From the IMG/VR virus record IMGVR_UViG_3300025451_000020, positions 1 through 48,331 of that record: a stretch of 48,331 nucleotides of DNA, one strand, 5' to 3'. This stretch comes from a virus (taxonomy: Duplodnaviria > Caudoviricetes). The position numbers and the translations under genes are program-made. The notes beneath the pieces were generated by a model that saw nothing but the letters and a program-made list of their open reading frames with translations, was not told where the DNA came from and searched no databases. This document shows positions 1-8,315 of the stretch, one piece after another. Each line of letters begins with the position of its first letter. Position 1 is the stretch's first letter.

Positions 1-1
1 C

Positions 2-343
2 CCTGCATCCTGTATCCCGATTCCTGAAGGCTTAGAGCTTCCAGAAGGACAGAAACAATTTGACCTCGTCGCTACCTTTATGGTTGAAGACGGTATGCTG
101 AAGCCTTTGGCTATCGACGGTATCCCGATCCCTGAACCTGAAGAAGGTGAAGCCGAGCCTAACGCTGAGCATGAAATGGGTGAAAGCCCAGAAGAGCTCG
201 GTCGCGAAGGTGAAGGCCCTCGCGGCGGCATGGGTCCAGGCCCCGCTTCCCAAGCACAAGGTGGCTCTTCGATGGGTGCTGATCAAGGCTTCATGGCCGC
301 GATCGAAGCAGCTCTCGGTAAGCCAAAAGGCAAACGTTCGTAA
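2..343 (+). CDS. Acidic Pro/Glu/Gly-rich virion-associated or scaffold-like protein (5' truncated)
   Basis: Frame is open from position 2 (PASCIPIPEGLELPEG...) through the listed ATG at 80. IPIPE occurs twice. Ends in an amphipathic helix, GFMAAIEAALG. Confidence 0.7.
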   Translation, partial: PASCIPIPEGLELPEGQKQFDLVATFMVEDGMLKPLAIDGIPIPEPEEGEAEPNAEHEMGESPEELGREGEGPRGGMGPGPASQAQGGSSMGADQGFMAAIEAALGKPKGKRS

Positions 344-355
344 TTCTCCCGCATA

Positions 356-535
356 ATGAAGCACGTGATTTTTGACAAAGTCTTTAGCCCCTTGGCGGGT
401 ACGTGCGCTCCTCTTTTGGGAGTCCTAACCTCCCTTCAAACCGAACTCGCTTGGTACCTTCAGATCATCTCGCTCTTGGTAGGTACCACGGTTGGCTTGA
501 TTTCTTTGTGGCGTTCGATTAAGCGTTTCAAGTAA
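356..535 (+). CDS. 59-aa two-TM membrane protein, holin/antiholin candidate (not in ORF track)
   Basis: MKHVIFDKVFSPLAGTCAPLLGVLTSLQTELAWYLQIISLLVGTTVGLISLWRSIKRFK*. Hydrophobic segments and a basic C-tail. TAATG overlap with the next gene. Confidence 0.7.
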   Translation: MKHVIFDKVFSPLAGTCAPLLGVLTSLQTELAWYLQIISLLVGTTVGLISLWRSIKRFK

Positions 536-1437
536 TGGCCGAAATCTCCAAAGAAGAGCAAGACGCCGCGGATGCAAAGCAACGAGTTATCGATCGCTTG
601 GTCGCCCGTGCGGGGGTTCAGGACTTAGCTCCAGATCTTCAAAAGAAAACTCCCGCGGAGATCCAGTCCGGTGCGGAGCTCAAAGGAAAGGCCAGCCCCA
701 AGGACTTTATCGAGCCTTATTACGGCACTAGCTTGCTTCGTGAGATTCTCAAGGCCAAGCACTACAATCGCGACAACCCTACCTTAAAGGAGGACTCGTA
801 CGGGAAGATCTACCAAGATATCCCAGTTTCTGTTGAGTCAAGAGCTCCAAGCTCTTATAACGTAACTAATCCCAAGGTAACGCTAACAGGAACTCGCGGC
901 AAAGAAATCAACAAGGTTAATGCAGATACCTTGGAGAAGTGGATGCAAGAGCCAGAAGGTTCAGATCTCAGGAAACAAGCAGAAGAAGCTATTTTTAGTA
1001 ACGCTTACTCTAAAGCAAAAGATTACGCGGACTCTTCGCAGACCGCCGAACACGAGTTTGGTCACCACTACGCACGGCCACAAGAAAAGCTAGATATATC
1101 TAGCAAAGCTTATCCTGATAAACACCAGTATACTCATTTAAGTGGCCCCAGTGAGTTTTTAAATGGTATTGGGGAACTTCAACGTGCGACCTTTAAGGCA
1201 ACAGGTAAAAGGTTTGAAGACCCTGAAGATTTTAAAAAGTTTATTCAGAGTGGGGCCGAGCCAGATTATTTGACCCCAGAAAGTTCGCGAGCAATCAATC
1301 ATTTGCGAATGCAAATTAAAGCTGATGCAGATCAGGGTAATTATTATCTTAATAAAGTTTCAAAACTTGTTCCTGCTCTCGTCCAAAACGAAGAGCCCAA
1401 GTCCTTCCAGGACGCTATCGAGAAACGATTATCTTGA
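535..1437 (+). CDS. Zincin-like (HExxH) metallopeptidase-domain protein, probably virion-associated
   Basis: TAEHEFGHH motif followed by a downstream Glu (PSEFLN); lies in the late gene block. Confidence 0.6.
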   Translation: MAEISKEEQDAADAKQRVIDRLVARAGVQDLAPDLQKKTPAEIQSGAELKGKASPKDFIEPYYGTSLLREILKAKHYNRDNPTLKEDSYGKIYQDIPVSVESRAPSSYNVTNPKVTLTGTRGKEINKVNADTLEKWMQEPEGSDLRKQAEEAIFSNAYSKAKDYADSSQTAEHEFGHHYARPQEKLDISSKAYPDKHQYTHLSGPSEFLNGIGELQRATFKATGKRFEDPEDFKKFIQSGAEPDYLTPESSRAINHLRMQIKADADQGNYYLNKVSKLVPALVQNEEPKSFQDAIEKRLS

Positions 1438-1462
1438 CTCCGGTATCTATTATCGGTATTCT
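1434..1462 (+). promoter_or_regulatory. sigma70-like promoter
   Basis: TTGACT-17 bp-TATTCT, 9 nt upstream of ATG 1472. Confidence 0.6.
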
Positions 1463-1471
1463 TCAAGCCTT

Positions 1472-1645
1472 ATGACTAATACTACTATCCTTGGAGTTAT
1501 CTCTATCCTTGCCGCTGTCCTTAACGCTGCTGTTAGTTTCCTGAAAACTGGTGCCTTTGATGTCGCTGGAGTTTTTACTGCGGTTACCGCTGGTATCGGT
1601 TTGATCAAGGCCGCTGACGCTACCACCGCTGCTCCCAAAGCGTGA
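1472..1645 (+). CDS. Holin-like two-TM protein (57 aa)
   Basis: Likely start is ATG 1472, after the promoter. MTNTTILGVISILAAVLNAAVSFL...VAGVFTAVTAGIGLIKA. Directly upstream of the spanins. Confidence 0.65.
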   Translation: MTNTTILGVISILAAVLNAAVSFLKTGAFDVAGVFTAVTAGIGLIKAADATTAAPKA

Positions 1646-1830
1646 ATGCACTCCTGCTAGCAATCATTGCTGCTTGTAACGCTTATGCACTTTCAATCTC
1701 CTATGCCCGTGAAAACGAAATCGACTTACTCGAAGATGAGATTGATCGGCTCGCTGGTATTGGTAATGGGGCTAGCAAGCTGCGTATTGAAAGACTCGCA
1801 CCGAGGCTTAAACGAAAGCGGTCTCTATGA
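1642..1830 (+). CDS. Inner-membrane spanin (Rz-like)
   Basis: N-terminal hydrophobic anchor followed by a coiled-coil-like segment; overlapped out of frame by a lipoprotein gene. Confidence 0.6.
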   Translation: MNALLLAIIAACNAYALSISYARENEIDLLEDEIDRLAGIGNGASKLRIERLAPRLKRKRSL

Positions 1831-1960
1831 CCCAGACCACATTACCTTGAAGCCTGGAGTCAGCTACGACTTCGAGGAAGGCTTCTTGGTCGGTCATCTC
1901 CAGCGTTTCCACAGCCAGTACTCTTACCAACGCGCAATCATCATCGGTAATGGCGAATAA
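1736..1960 (+). CDS. Outer-membrane spanin lipoprotein (Rz1-like)
   Basis: From ATG 1736: MRLIGSLVLVMGLAS|C, a signal peptide with lipobox LASC. Starts inside the Rz-like gene. Confidence 0.65.
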   Translation: MRLIGSLVLVMGLASCVLKDSHRGLNESGLYDPDHITLKPGVSYDFEEGFLVGHLQRFHSQYSYQRAIIIGNGE

Positions 1961-2522
1961 CTTTTTACAAGCAGTAGAAGATAGACTATCTAATAAGCCT
2001 AAAGATTTCTACAAAGAGATCCCAAAAACTTTTGCTGGTTACCCTATTATTCAACCAGATGCTGGCTGGGATAAATATTTTAAAGATAATCCTCATGTAG
2101 CAGGTGCTGCTGTTGGAGCAAAAGTTCAAGGAGACTGGGATACTAGTCCTACTAGATCCATTGTTGTTAATCCTTATAATAAGTATATGCAAGATCCAAC
2201 AAGCCGAGAAGGTTTAATGATGGTCGAAGCTGTACGACATAAAATTGCTGAAGAAAATAAAACTCCAACATTTAAAATTACTCCAGAAATGCAACAATGG
2301 AGAGAAAAAAGTTTTACTCCAGATCAACCCTATAGAACTAATGATAAAGCTTTCAAAGAAACTTTAATCAGCCGTGCTGTTGTTGGAGATGTTGGATCGG
2401 AGTTTGCGACTCCTGAAGTTAATGCAGAAGCAGATAGATACCGCAATTTAATTTTAGAAAAACTTAAGCAAGAAAAAGAATCTAAACCGTCTTTGGTAAA
2501 AGAGACACTTCCTTTAAAATGA
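1950..2522 (+). CDS. Hypothetical virion protein, possibly degenerate zincin-like (VEAVRH)
   Basis: 190-aa ORF coupled to its neighbours; N-terminal helix FLQAVEDRLS. Confidence 0.6.
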   Translation: MANNFLQAVEDRLSNKPKDFYKEIPKTFAGYPIIQPDAGWDKYFKDNPHVAGAAVGAKVQGDWDTSPTRSIVVNPYNKYMQDPTSREGLMMVEAVRHKIAEENKTPTFKITPEMQQWREKSFTPDQPYRTNDKAFKETLISRAVVGDVGSEFATPEVNAEADRYRNLILEKLKQEKESKPSLVKETLPLK

Positions 2523-2809
2523 AGTTGCCCAAATCAATACGAATTGGTGGGCATAAGATTAACGTAAAAGTCGCTGATTTAGAGAATTTAGGGGAGTATC
2601 ATTCTGACACTAAAACGATTAAGATCAACGCAAACATCATCGGTGACGACAAGGAATGCTTTGAAACCTTAAGACATGAAATGATGCATTGCGCTTTAGA
2701 TATTTCTGGTTTATCCTTTTGCGACTCGTTTGAAGAAGAATCAGTTGTCCGTTGTATGGACAATGTTTTCTTTCCCGCTTACGACAAACTACTCGTAAAA
2801 TTACTATGA
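2519..2809 (+). CDS. Small HExxH metallopeptidase-like protein
   Basis: GEY...TIKIN...ETLRHEMMHCAL...EESVV pattern typical of small phage zincins. Confidence 0.7.
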   Translation: MKLPKSIRIGGHKINVKVADLENLGEYHSDTKTIKINANIIGDDKECFETLRHEMMHCALDISGLSFCDSFEEESVVRCMDNVFFPAYDKLLVKLL

Positions 2810-3369
2810 ATCACGATCAAATCGCAGCTATTCAAAAGAAGATCGGTGTAAACGCCGACGGTTTCTGGGGTCCAGTAAGTATGGCCGCAGCGAAGCGACA
2901 TCTGCGCGAGTTGATGCCGAATCATTCACCCTGGCCCTCTACTGACCAAAGAAGCCTTACTACCTTCTACGGTGCTGCGGGGGACGAGTCCAAGCTGATC
3001 AACTTACAGGTCGTTGGCTTGGGTATCGAGTACGATGGCAAGCCGGTCAAAACGATTCGCTGCCACGCTAAGGTCGCTGATTCGCTGCTTCGCATTCTCA
3101 CTGCTCTCAGCAAGAGTCCGTACAGTCATTTGCTTAAACAGTACGCCGGTTGTTTCAACAATCGTCTGATGCGTAACGGTTCTTCTCCTTCTCTTCACGC
3201 CAGAGGTGCTGCTGTAGACTTCAACCCTGGCTCCAACGGTAATCTCCAGAGCTGGCCCCATGACGCCTCAATGCCTTTCGAGGTTATGGAGATCTTTGCA
3301 AAAGAAGGTTGGCTCGCTGCCGGTGCTTTTTGGAGCCGCGACGCGATGCACTTTCAGGCTACCGCCTAA
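2806..3369 (+). CDS. Endolysin, peptidase M15 (L-Ala-D-Glu peptidase type) with short N-terminal peptidoglycan-binding motif
   Basis: SLHARGAAVD (SxHxxGxAxD) and DAMHFQ Zn ligands; N-terminal IQKKIGVNADGFWGP. ATG 2806 overlaps the previous stop (ATGA). Confidence 0.85.
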   Translation: MNHDQIAAIQKKIGVNADGFWGPVSMAAAKRHLRELMPNHSPWPSTDQRSLTTFYGAAGDESKLINLQVVGLGIEYDGKPVKTIRCHAKVADSLLRILTALSKSPYSHLLKQYAGCFNNRLMRNGSSPSLHARGAAVDFNPGSNGNLQSWPHDASMPFEVMEIFAKEGWLAAGAFWSRDAMHFQATA

Positions 3370-3376
3370 AGAATCC

Positions 3377-3405
3377 TTGACTTCTTGAGCTTGAGAAGCT
3401 AACCT
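3377..3405 (+). promoter_or_regulatory. sigma70-like promoter
   Basis: TTGACT-17 bp-TAACCT, 9 nt upstream of ATG 3415. Confidence 0.6.
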
Positions 3406-3414
3406 ACTCAAGCA

Positions 3415-3801
3415 ATGGCCGCAGCACAGTACAACTTGAATATTGCTAGAGGCGAAGATTTCTCCTTTACGCTCACTATTAGGGATTCCTTTGATGAGCC
3501 AGTAATTATTACCACTACTGGTAATAAATTCAAAGCAGAGATCCGTGAAGAGTTCAAGAAGCCATTGATTCAAGCCTTTTCTTTTCAGACGAAAACAGCG
3601 GTAACTGGCCAATCAACTATTGATTCAGCACTTGATGTCGGTGAAATTCGCTTTAACCTTACCAACGAGCAGACGATCACGTTTGATGTGAATAAGAAGT
3701 ACAAGTGGGACTTCTTCTGGACTGATTCCGGTTCCGGTAATCTGGTCCACAAACTTCTTTACGGCGACGTAATTGTTTCGGCCAACATCACTAATATCTA
3801 A
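3415..3801 (+). CDS. Tail fibre adaptor/baseplate-upper-like beta-sandwich protein 1
   Basis: YNLNIARGEDFSFTLTI...AEIRE...LTNEQT...YKWD...LLYGDV pattern; precedes a tail fibre; paralog of 6454-6798. Confidence 0.6.
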   Translation: MAAAQYNLNIARGEDFSFTLTIRDSFDEPVIITTTGNKFKAEIREEFKKPLIQAFSFQTKTAVTGQSTIDSALDVGEIRFNLTNEQTITFDVNKKYKWDFFWTDSGSGNLVHKLLYGDVIVSANITNI

Positions 3802-5762
3802 TGTCTGACTATAAGCTAGTTGTAAACGAAGTACCGACCTACAACCTTTCGGTTGCAGACGGTACGACTACGCAGAGTCTTTCTGTTACAGACGGCGTTA
3901 AGTTGAACTTGAATCTTAACGGTTCTACTGGCCCTTCTGGAGTCGGTGTACCAGTCGGCGGAACCACCGGACAAGCTCTCACAAAGATTGATAGCACTAG
4001 CTACAACACTCAGTGGACTGACGTTGTTGATCTTGTCAGCGATCAAACGATTGATGGTGTAAAGACATTTAGTGCTACTACTCTTTTCAATGGCGATGCT
4101 CAGTTTGCCACTGGCGCGATTTTAAATATTGCTGATGGAAACTGGAGTATCAACCCTGACGGAGCCGCAACTTTTACTTCAGCTACTATTGGTAATAACT
4201 CAGGTCCATCTGCTAATGTAATTGCATTAACAAATGGTGGTGGTTGTGCTGAATTGTACGTTGGAGATTCCGTAAAAATCGAATCAGATACTGGAAATAT
4301 ATTCCTGAATCAAGTATCTGGTACTGGTATCGGATCTATTGTTTTTAATACGAGCGACACATATACTGGATCATTGGGACCATCTGGATCATTAACAAAT
4401 GACCAACGCTGGACCCTGCCTGACGCAACCGGAACCATTGCTCTCGATTCCACAGCGGTGATGCTTAGTGGCGATCAGAGTATTGACGGAACTAAAACAT
4501 TTAATGGTACTCTGATAGCTGATGGTATAGGAAATTACAATGCAATCGATCCTACATGGTACATCGATGGTGGTGGAGGGCTGAATGACAGTTGTGCTAG
4601 CTTTGGCACGCTAATAGTTGATTCAATAAAAAGAACTAATAATAACAATGAATTATTAGTTCCTGATACCAATGGATTTATCGCTGCATATAGCACTATC
4701 TACGATGAACTACAGGATACAGTAACTGTATCAGGCACATTCCAACCAACATTGGGTACTATAGTTACTAAACCTATTGTATTCAAAGTACAGAGGTCAT
4801 TGGACATTCAAAATGAAATTGATATGCTTATGTATGTTGATGGATACGAAGCAAGATTATATAATCAAGGAGGCAGTAACTGGGCATTCACGCTTAATTT
4901 GCAACCAGATTCTGACTATGGTATGTATGCTACAAGTACTAATGGTATTTTAGGCCCATATACACAACAAGAATGGTTTGGTGGAGCTAGATTGGGTCTT
5001 ACTGGCACAGGTACTGTCTTAGTAAGTATCCAGCAACTTGAGAAATCAAGTCAGGGTCTTTTCAGATCATCTCCATATGGAACTACTGTTTGCTCAGTAG
5101 CTGATAATAATGCTGGAATAGGCTACTGGGAAAGACTACTAACTACAGATCTAAGCAATCACTCTACACCTGCATTTCTTAGTGGCCCGCAGACCTTCTC
5201 CGGCGCACAGAGTTTCAGTAGTACAACTCGCCCAACGAGCAGCGGTACAGGCACTCCAGCAGCGACTAGCCTGATTACCCGCGACGATGGAGATACCCGA
5301 TACGGTGCGCTTTCGAGCATTGTCTTAGCTGCTGATTCTGCAGGCATCAACAATACAATAGCTCTCCAGTCTACCGGACTATCATTGACTCTTGCTGCTG
5401 GCACTTACGAGATCAATATGCACTACCACATGGTTGTGACAAACAGTCCGACTGTCACAGGCTACAATCAACAGATTTTGGCTAGCGGCCCAGTGGATGT
5501 TTTAGGTATTGGTATGAGACAGAGTGTAGTAACTGCTACATTCGGCGTAAGCCAAGCAGCAACAATCAACTTGATTGGAGCAACGTCAATATATTCTGAA
5601 GGGAATGTTGCCGGTACAACGAAAGCACAAACTTTCAGATTCATTGCTTCCTTCACGTCCACAACTACCATTGAGGTTAAAATCTCACAAGGTATAGCTA
5701 CATTAGCCGATCCAGTCTACCTCAAGAAAGGGTCCAACATGACCGCCCGTAAAATCGCTTAA
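3801..5762 (+). CDS. Tail fibre/receptor-binding protein 1
   Basis: Gly/Thr/Ser-rich; GVPVGGTTGQALTK motif; repeated DQTIDGVKTF/DQSIDGTKTF/PQTFSGAQSF fibre motifs. Confidence 0.75.
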   Translation: MSDYKLVVNEVPTYNLSVADGTTTQSLSVTDGVKLNLNLNGSTGPSGVGVPVGGTTGQALTKIDSTSYNTQWTDVVDLVSDQTIDGVKTFSATTLFNGDAQFATGAILNIADGNWSINPDGAATFTSATIGNNSGPSANVIALTNGGGCAELYVGDSVKIESDTGNIFLNQVSGTGIGSIVFNTSDTYTGSLGPSGSLTNDQRWTLPDATGTIALDSTAVMLSGDQSIDGTKTFNGTLIADGIGNYNAIDPTWYIDGGGGLNDSCASFGTLIVDSIKRTNNNNELLVPDTNGFIAAYSTIYDELQDTVTVSGTFQPTLGTIVTKPIVFKVQRSLDIQNEIDMLMYVDGYEARLYNQGGSNWAFTLNLQPDSDYGMYATSTNGILGPYTQQEWFGGARLGLTGTGTVLVSIQQLEKSSQGLFRSSPYGTTVCSVADNNAGIGYWERLLTTDLSNHSTPAFLSGPQTFSGAQSFSSTTRPTSSGTGTPAATSLITRDDGDTRYGALSSIVLAADSAGINNTIALQSTGLSLTLAAGTYEINMHYHMVVTNSPTVTGYNQQILASGPVDVLGIGMRQSVVTATFGVSQAATINLIGATSIYSEGNVAGTTKAQTFRFIASFTSTTTIEVKISQGIATLADPVYLKKGSNMTARKIA

Positions 5763-5767
5763 CCCTT

Positions 5768-6160
5768 ATGCCACTCATCCACACCAAAACCGAAGCTGAA
5801 GCTGACCTTACTAGAAAGGATGAACTCATCCTGCAAGTCGCTGAAGCAGCGCACCATCTAGCAGTAACACTGAAGCAAACGAACGATCAGTTCTGGAGCT
5901 TGCCAACTGATCGTCTGCTTGCGGTGCTAAATGCTGACGTTATTTCAACGCTCAATACCTTCGCAGCGAATGCTGGAATCGGACAAGCGGTAAATGACTC
6001 GCTCGATGCTGTTGGTCTGCCACAATACTCGACCCGTGCGCCATTGCTCATGGGTCGCCAAGACATCAAACTCGATGATAACGGAGTTTTTGTCCTGATC
6101 CCTCCGGTTGTTGAGATGCTAATCGAAGAGCCAGTTGTTATTGACGCTGAACCAATCTAA
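5768..6160 (+). CDS. Hypothetical protein, possible tail fibre assembly chaperone
   Basis: 130-aa ORF directly after the fibre gene; function inferred from position only. Confidence 0.5.
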   Translation: MPLIHTKTEAEADLTRKDELILQVAEAAHHLAVTLKQTNDQFWSLPTDRLLAVLNADVISTLNTFAANAGIGQAVNDSLDAVGLPQYSTRAPLLMGRQDIKLDDNGVFVLIPPVVEMLIEEPVVIDAEPI

Positions 6161-6175
6161 TCCTATACTACCCTT

Positions 6176-6448
6176 ATGGCTGACTCTATCTTAAAACAAA
6201 ATGCTGGACGCGGCGGTGCTGTCGTCGTTAATACTGGCGGAACTCTTGCCGCAGGCGAATATGTTGCAATGACTACGTTAGGTGCAACAACCGCAATCGG
6301 TGCAGGAATTACAACGCCTCTTAATTCTGGTTCTGCTCTCGGCGTTATTGCTGCTGGCATTACTATCAACACTTTAATCGTAAGTACTGGATCTACCAAT
6401 ACAGTTACAGGCGGTCCAGTTATCTTCTATAAAGGCGTAACAATCTAA
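6176..6448 (+). CDS. Small Gly/Thr-rich virion protein
   Basis: 90-aa beta-rich ORF ending VIFYKG; in the structural operon. Confidence 0.55.
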   Translation: MADSILKQNAGRGGAVVVNTGGTLAAGEYVAMTTLGATTAIGAGITTPLNSGSALGVIAAGITINTLIVSTGSTNTVTGGPVIFYKGVTI

Positions 6449-6453
6449 GCTCA

Positions 6454-6798
6454 ATGCTAGCCGCTAACTTCGATATCACTTTAGACCGCGCCGCTGATTA
6501 CAGTTTCGTTTTGACGATTCAGAATCAGGCGTTGGGACCGATCACACTTCTAGCTAATGAGTTTCAGGGCGAGATTCGTGATACTTACAAGAAGAAGATT
6601 GTCGATTTTATGTTTAGCATTAGTGGTCTAGCTGTTGGAGATGTAAAACTTTCTTTAACAGAAACACAGACGCAGCTATTTAAAGCGGGCCAAACTTACT
6701 CTTACGATATTTTTAGAGTTAAAAGTAGCGATACGGTTCGCCTAATCGAAGGCTCTTTAAATGTACGTGCTAATACCACTAACAACTCAGTAATTTAA
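6454..6798 (+). CDS. Tail fibre adaptor-like protein 2
   Basis: FDITLDRAADYSFVLTI...GEIRD...LTETQT...YSYDIF...LIEGSL; paralog of 3415-3801. Confidence 0.6.
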   Translation: MLAANFDITLDRAADYSFVLTIQNQALGPITLLANEFQGEIRDTYKKKIVDFMFSISGLAVGDVKLSLTETQTQLFKAGQTYSYDIFRVKSSDTVRLIEGSLNVRANTTNNSVI

Positions 6799-6802
6799 TT
6801 CT

Positions 6803-8314
6803 ATGGCTAACGATACTTATACTCTTACAATTTCTGAATTTGGATCTGCGTTACCAACGTCTCATGCATCTACTCACGTTGGCTCCGGTGCTGATGCAAT
6901 TAGAGACGCGACACCATCACAAAATGGCTTGATGACAGCGGCCTATGCAACAAAAGTTGAGGCAGCATTAACGGCAATTGCAGATAACTCAATCACCACT
7001 GCAAAAATTCTTGATAGTAATGTCACGCTAGCTAAACTTCAAAACATCGCTGCTGATATATTACTTGGTAGAGCTACAAGTGGAACTGGCGTTGTCGAAA
7101 CTATTCCATGTACGAGCTTTGGGCGTAGTTTATTATCTCAAACTTCGACATCTGGACAACGTTCAGTTTTGGGTTTAGGCTCGATGTCAACTCAAGCAAG
7201 TAGTTCCGTAACTATTACTGGGGGTTCAATCACGTTATCAACTCCATTAGTAGCTACTAGCGGTGGAACTGGTTTAAGTACTATAGCAGCTGGATCACTT
7301 ATTGTCGGTTCAACTTCGAATACATATACTACAGTTGCTGGCGGGGCTAACGGTTATGTTCTCGTTTCAACTGGGCCAACCCAACCACCTATTTGGCAGG
7401 AACTAACAACAGGATCTGTTAATGTTACGACAGCTACAGGTACTCTACCAATTCTTCACGGGGGTACCGGTGCGACGACTCCAGCTTTAGCTCGCACAGC
7501 TTTAGAATTAGGTACTCTTTCAGTTCAATCGGTTAATAATATTGCTGTAACAGGTGGAGAACTACAAGGACTTGACCAAGTTGGCTTCGATCTTACCCCA
7601 ACAACTTCAGCATTATCCGCGGGACAACTTCGTTGGAATACTGAAGATAAAACATTAGATCTAAAACTTCAAGGTGATGTTACTCTTCAGATTGGCCAAG
7701 AAACCAATCTATATACGTATAATAGCGAGGCGTCTACTATTTTAAATGGAAAAGCCGTCTACATTTATAGCTCTGTTGGGGCTAACCCAGCCGTCAAGCT
7801 TGCAACTAACGCTGCGGATACTGCTTTAAAAACTTTGGGTGTTGCTACTCAAGATATTAATTCTGGAGAATATGGGTATATTACTACGCAAGGTCTAGTA
7901 CGCAGCTTAGATACTTCTATTTATTCTCCAAATACTTCTGGTACTCCGTTATGGTTAAATTCGTCTGGTGGGGGGCTCACCACTACAGAACCAACTCATC
8001 CAGCTTTACGTATTCGAATTGCTACCATTGTTAAGTCTGGTACTGATGGGAGTATTTATGTACAGCCCCAGTTATTTTCTGATGGACGAACAGCAGGACG
8101 TTTTACATGGGGTGGCAGCAATAATATTGTAGGGCCAACAGTTACTTTAACAGGACTTACGGCAGATTCTAATGTAATTGTGCAAGAACGTGGGGCCACT
8201 ACAGCTAACCCACGAAGTTATTCTGTTGTTTGCGGTACAAATTCTTTTACGGTTTATGCTGATGCTGCTCCAGGTACTGCAAGTAGACTTTTTTCTTATA
8301 TCGCCTTTATTTAA
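6803..8314 (+). CDS. Tail fibre/structural protein 2
   Basis: HASTHVGSGAD, ITTAKILDSNVTLAKL, GGTGATTPALARTAL motifs typical of phage fibres. Confidence 0.75.
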   Translation: MANDTYTLTISEFGSALPTSHASTHVGSGADAIRDATPSQNGLMTAAYATKVEAALTAIADNSITTAKILDSNVTLAKLQNIAADILLGRATSGTGVVETIPCTSFGRSLLSQTSTSGQRSVLGLGSMSTQASSSVTITGGSITLSTPLVATSGGTGLSTIAAGSLIVGSTSNTYTTVAGGANGYVLVSTGPTQPPIWQELTTGSVNVTTATGTLPILHGGTGATTPALARTALELGTLSVQSVNNIAVTGGELQGLDQVGFDLTPTTSALSAGQLRWNTEDKTLDLKLQGDVTLQIGQETNLYTYNSEASTILNGKAVYIYSSVGANPAVKLATNAADTALKTLGVATQDINSGEYGYITTQGLVRSLDTSIYSPNTSGTPLWLNSSGGGLTTTEPTHPALRIRIATIVKSGTDGSIYVQPQLFSDGRTAGRFTWGGSNNIVGPTVTLTGLTADSNVIVQERGATTANPRSYSVVCGTNSFTVYADAAPGTASRLFSYIAFI

Positions 8315-8315
8315 A

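Noticed and set aside
3790-6810. Programmed frameshift fusing each adaptor to its tail fibre
   Set aside because: There is no slippery heptamer, the two junctions need different frame shifts (-1 vs +1), and each fibre has its own ATG.
1325-8315. Extended starts in the ORF track (1325, 1667, 2752, 8178; likewise 24954, 26634, 29389, 31008, 33107)
   Set aside because: They overlap upstream genes or promoters. Downstream ATGs fit promoters, stop-start coupling or signal peptides better.
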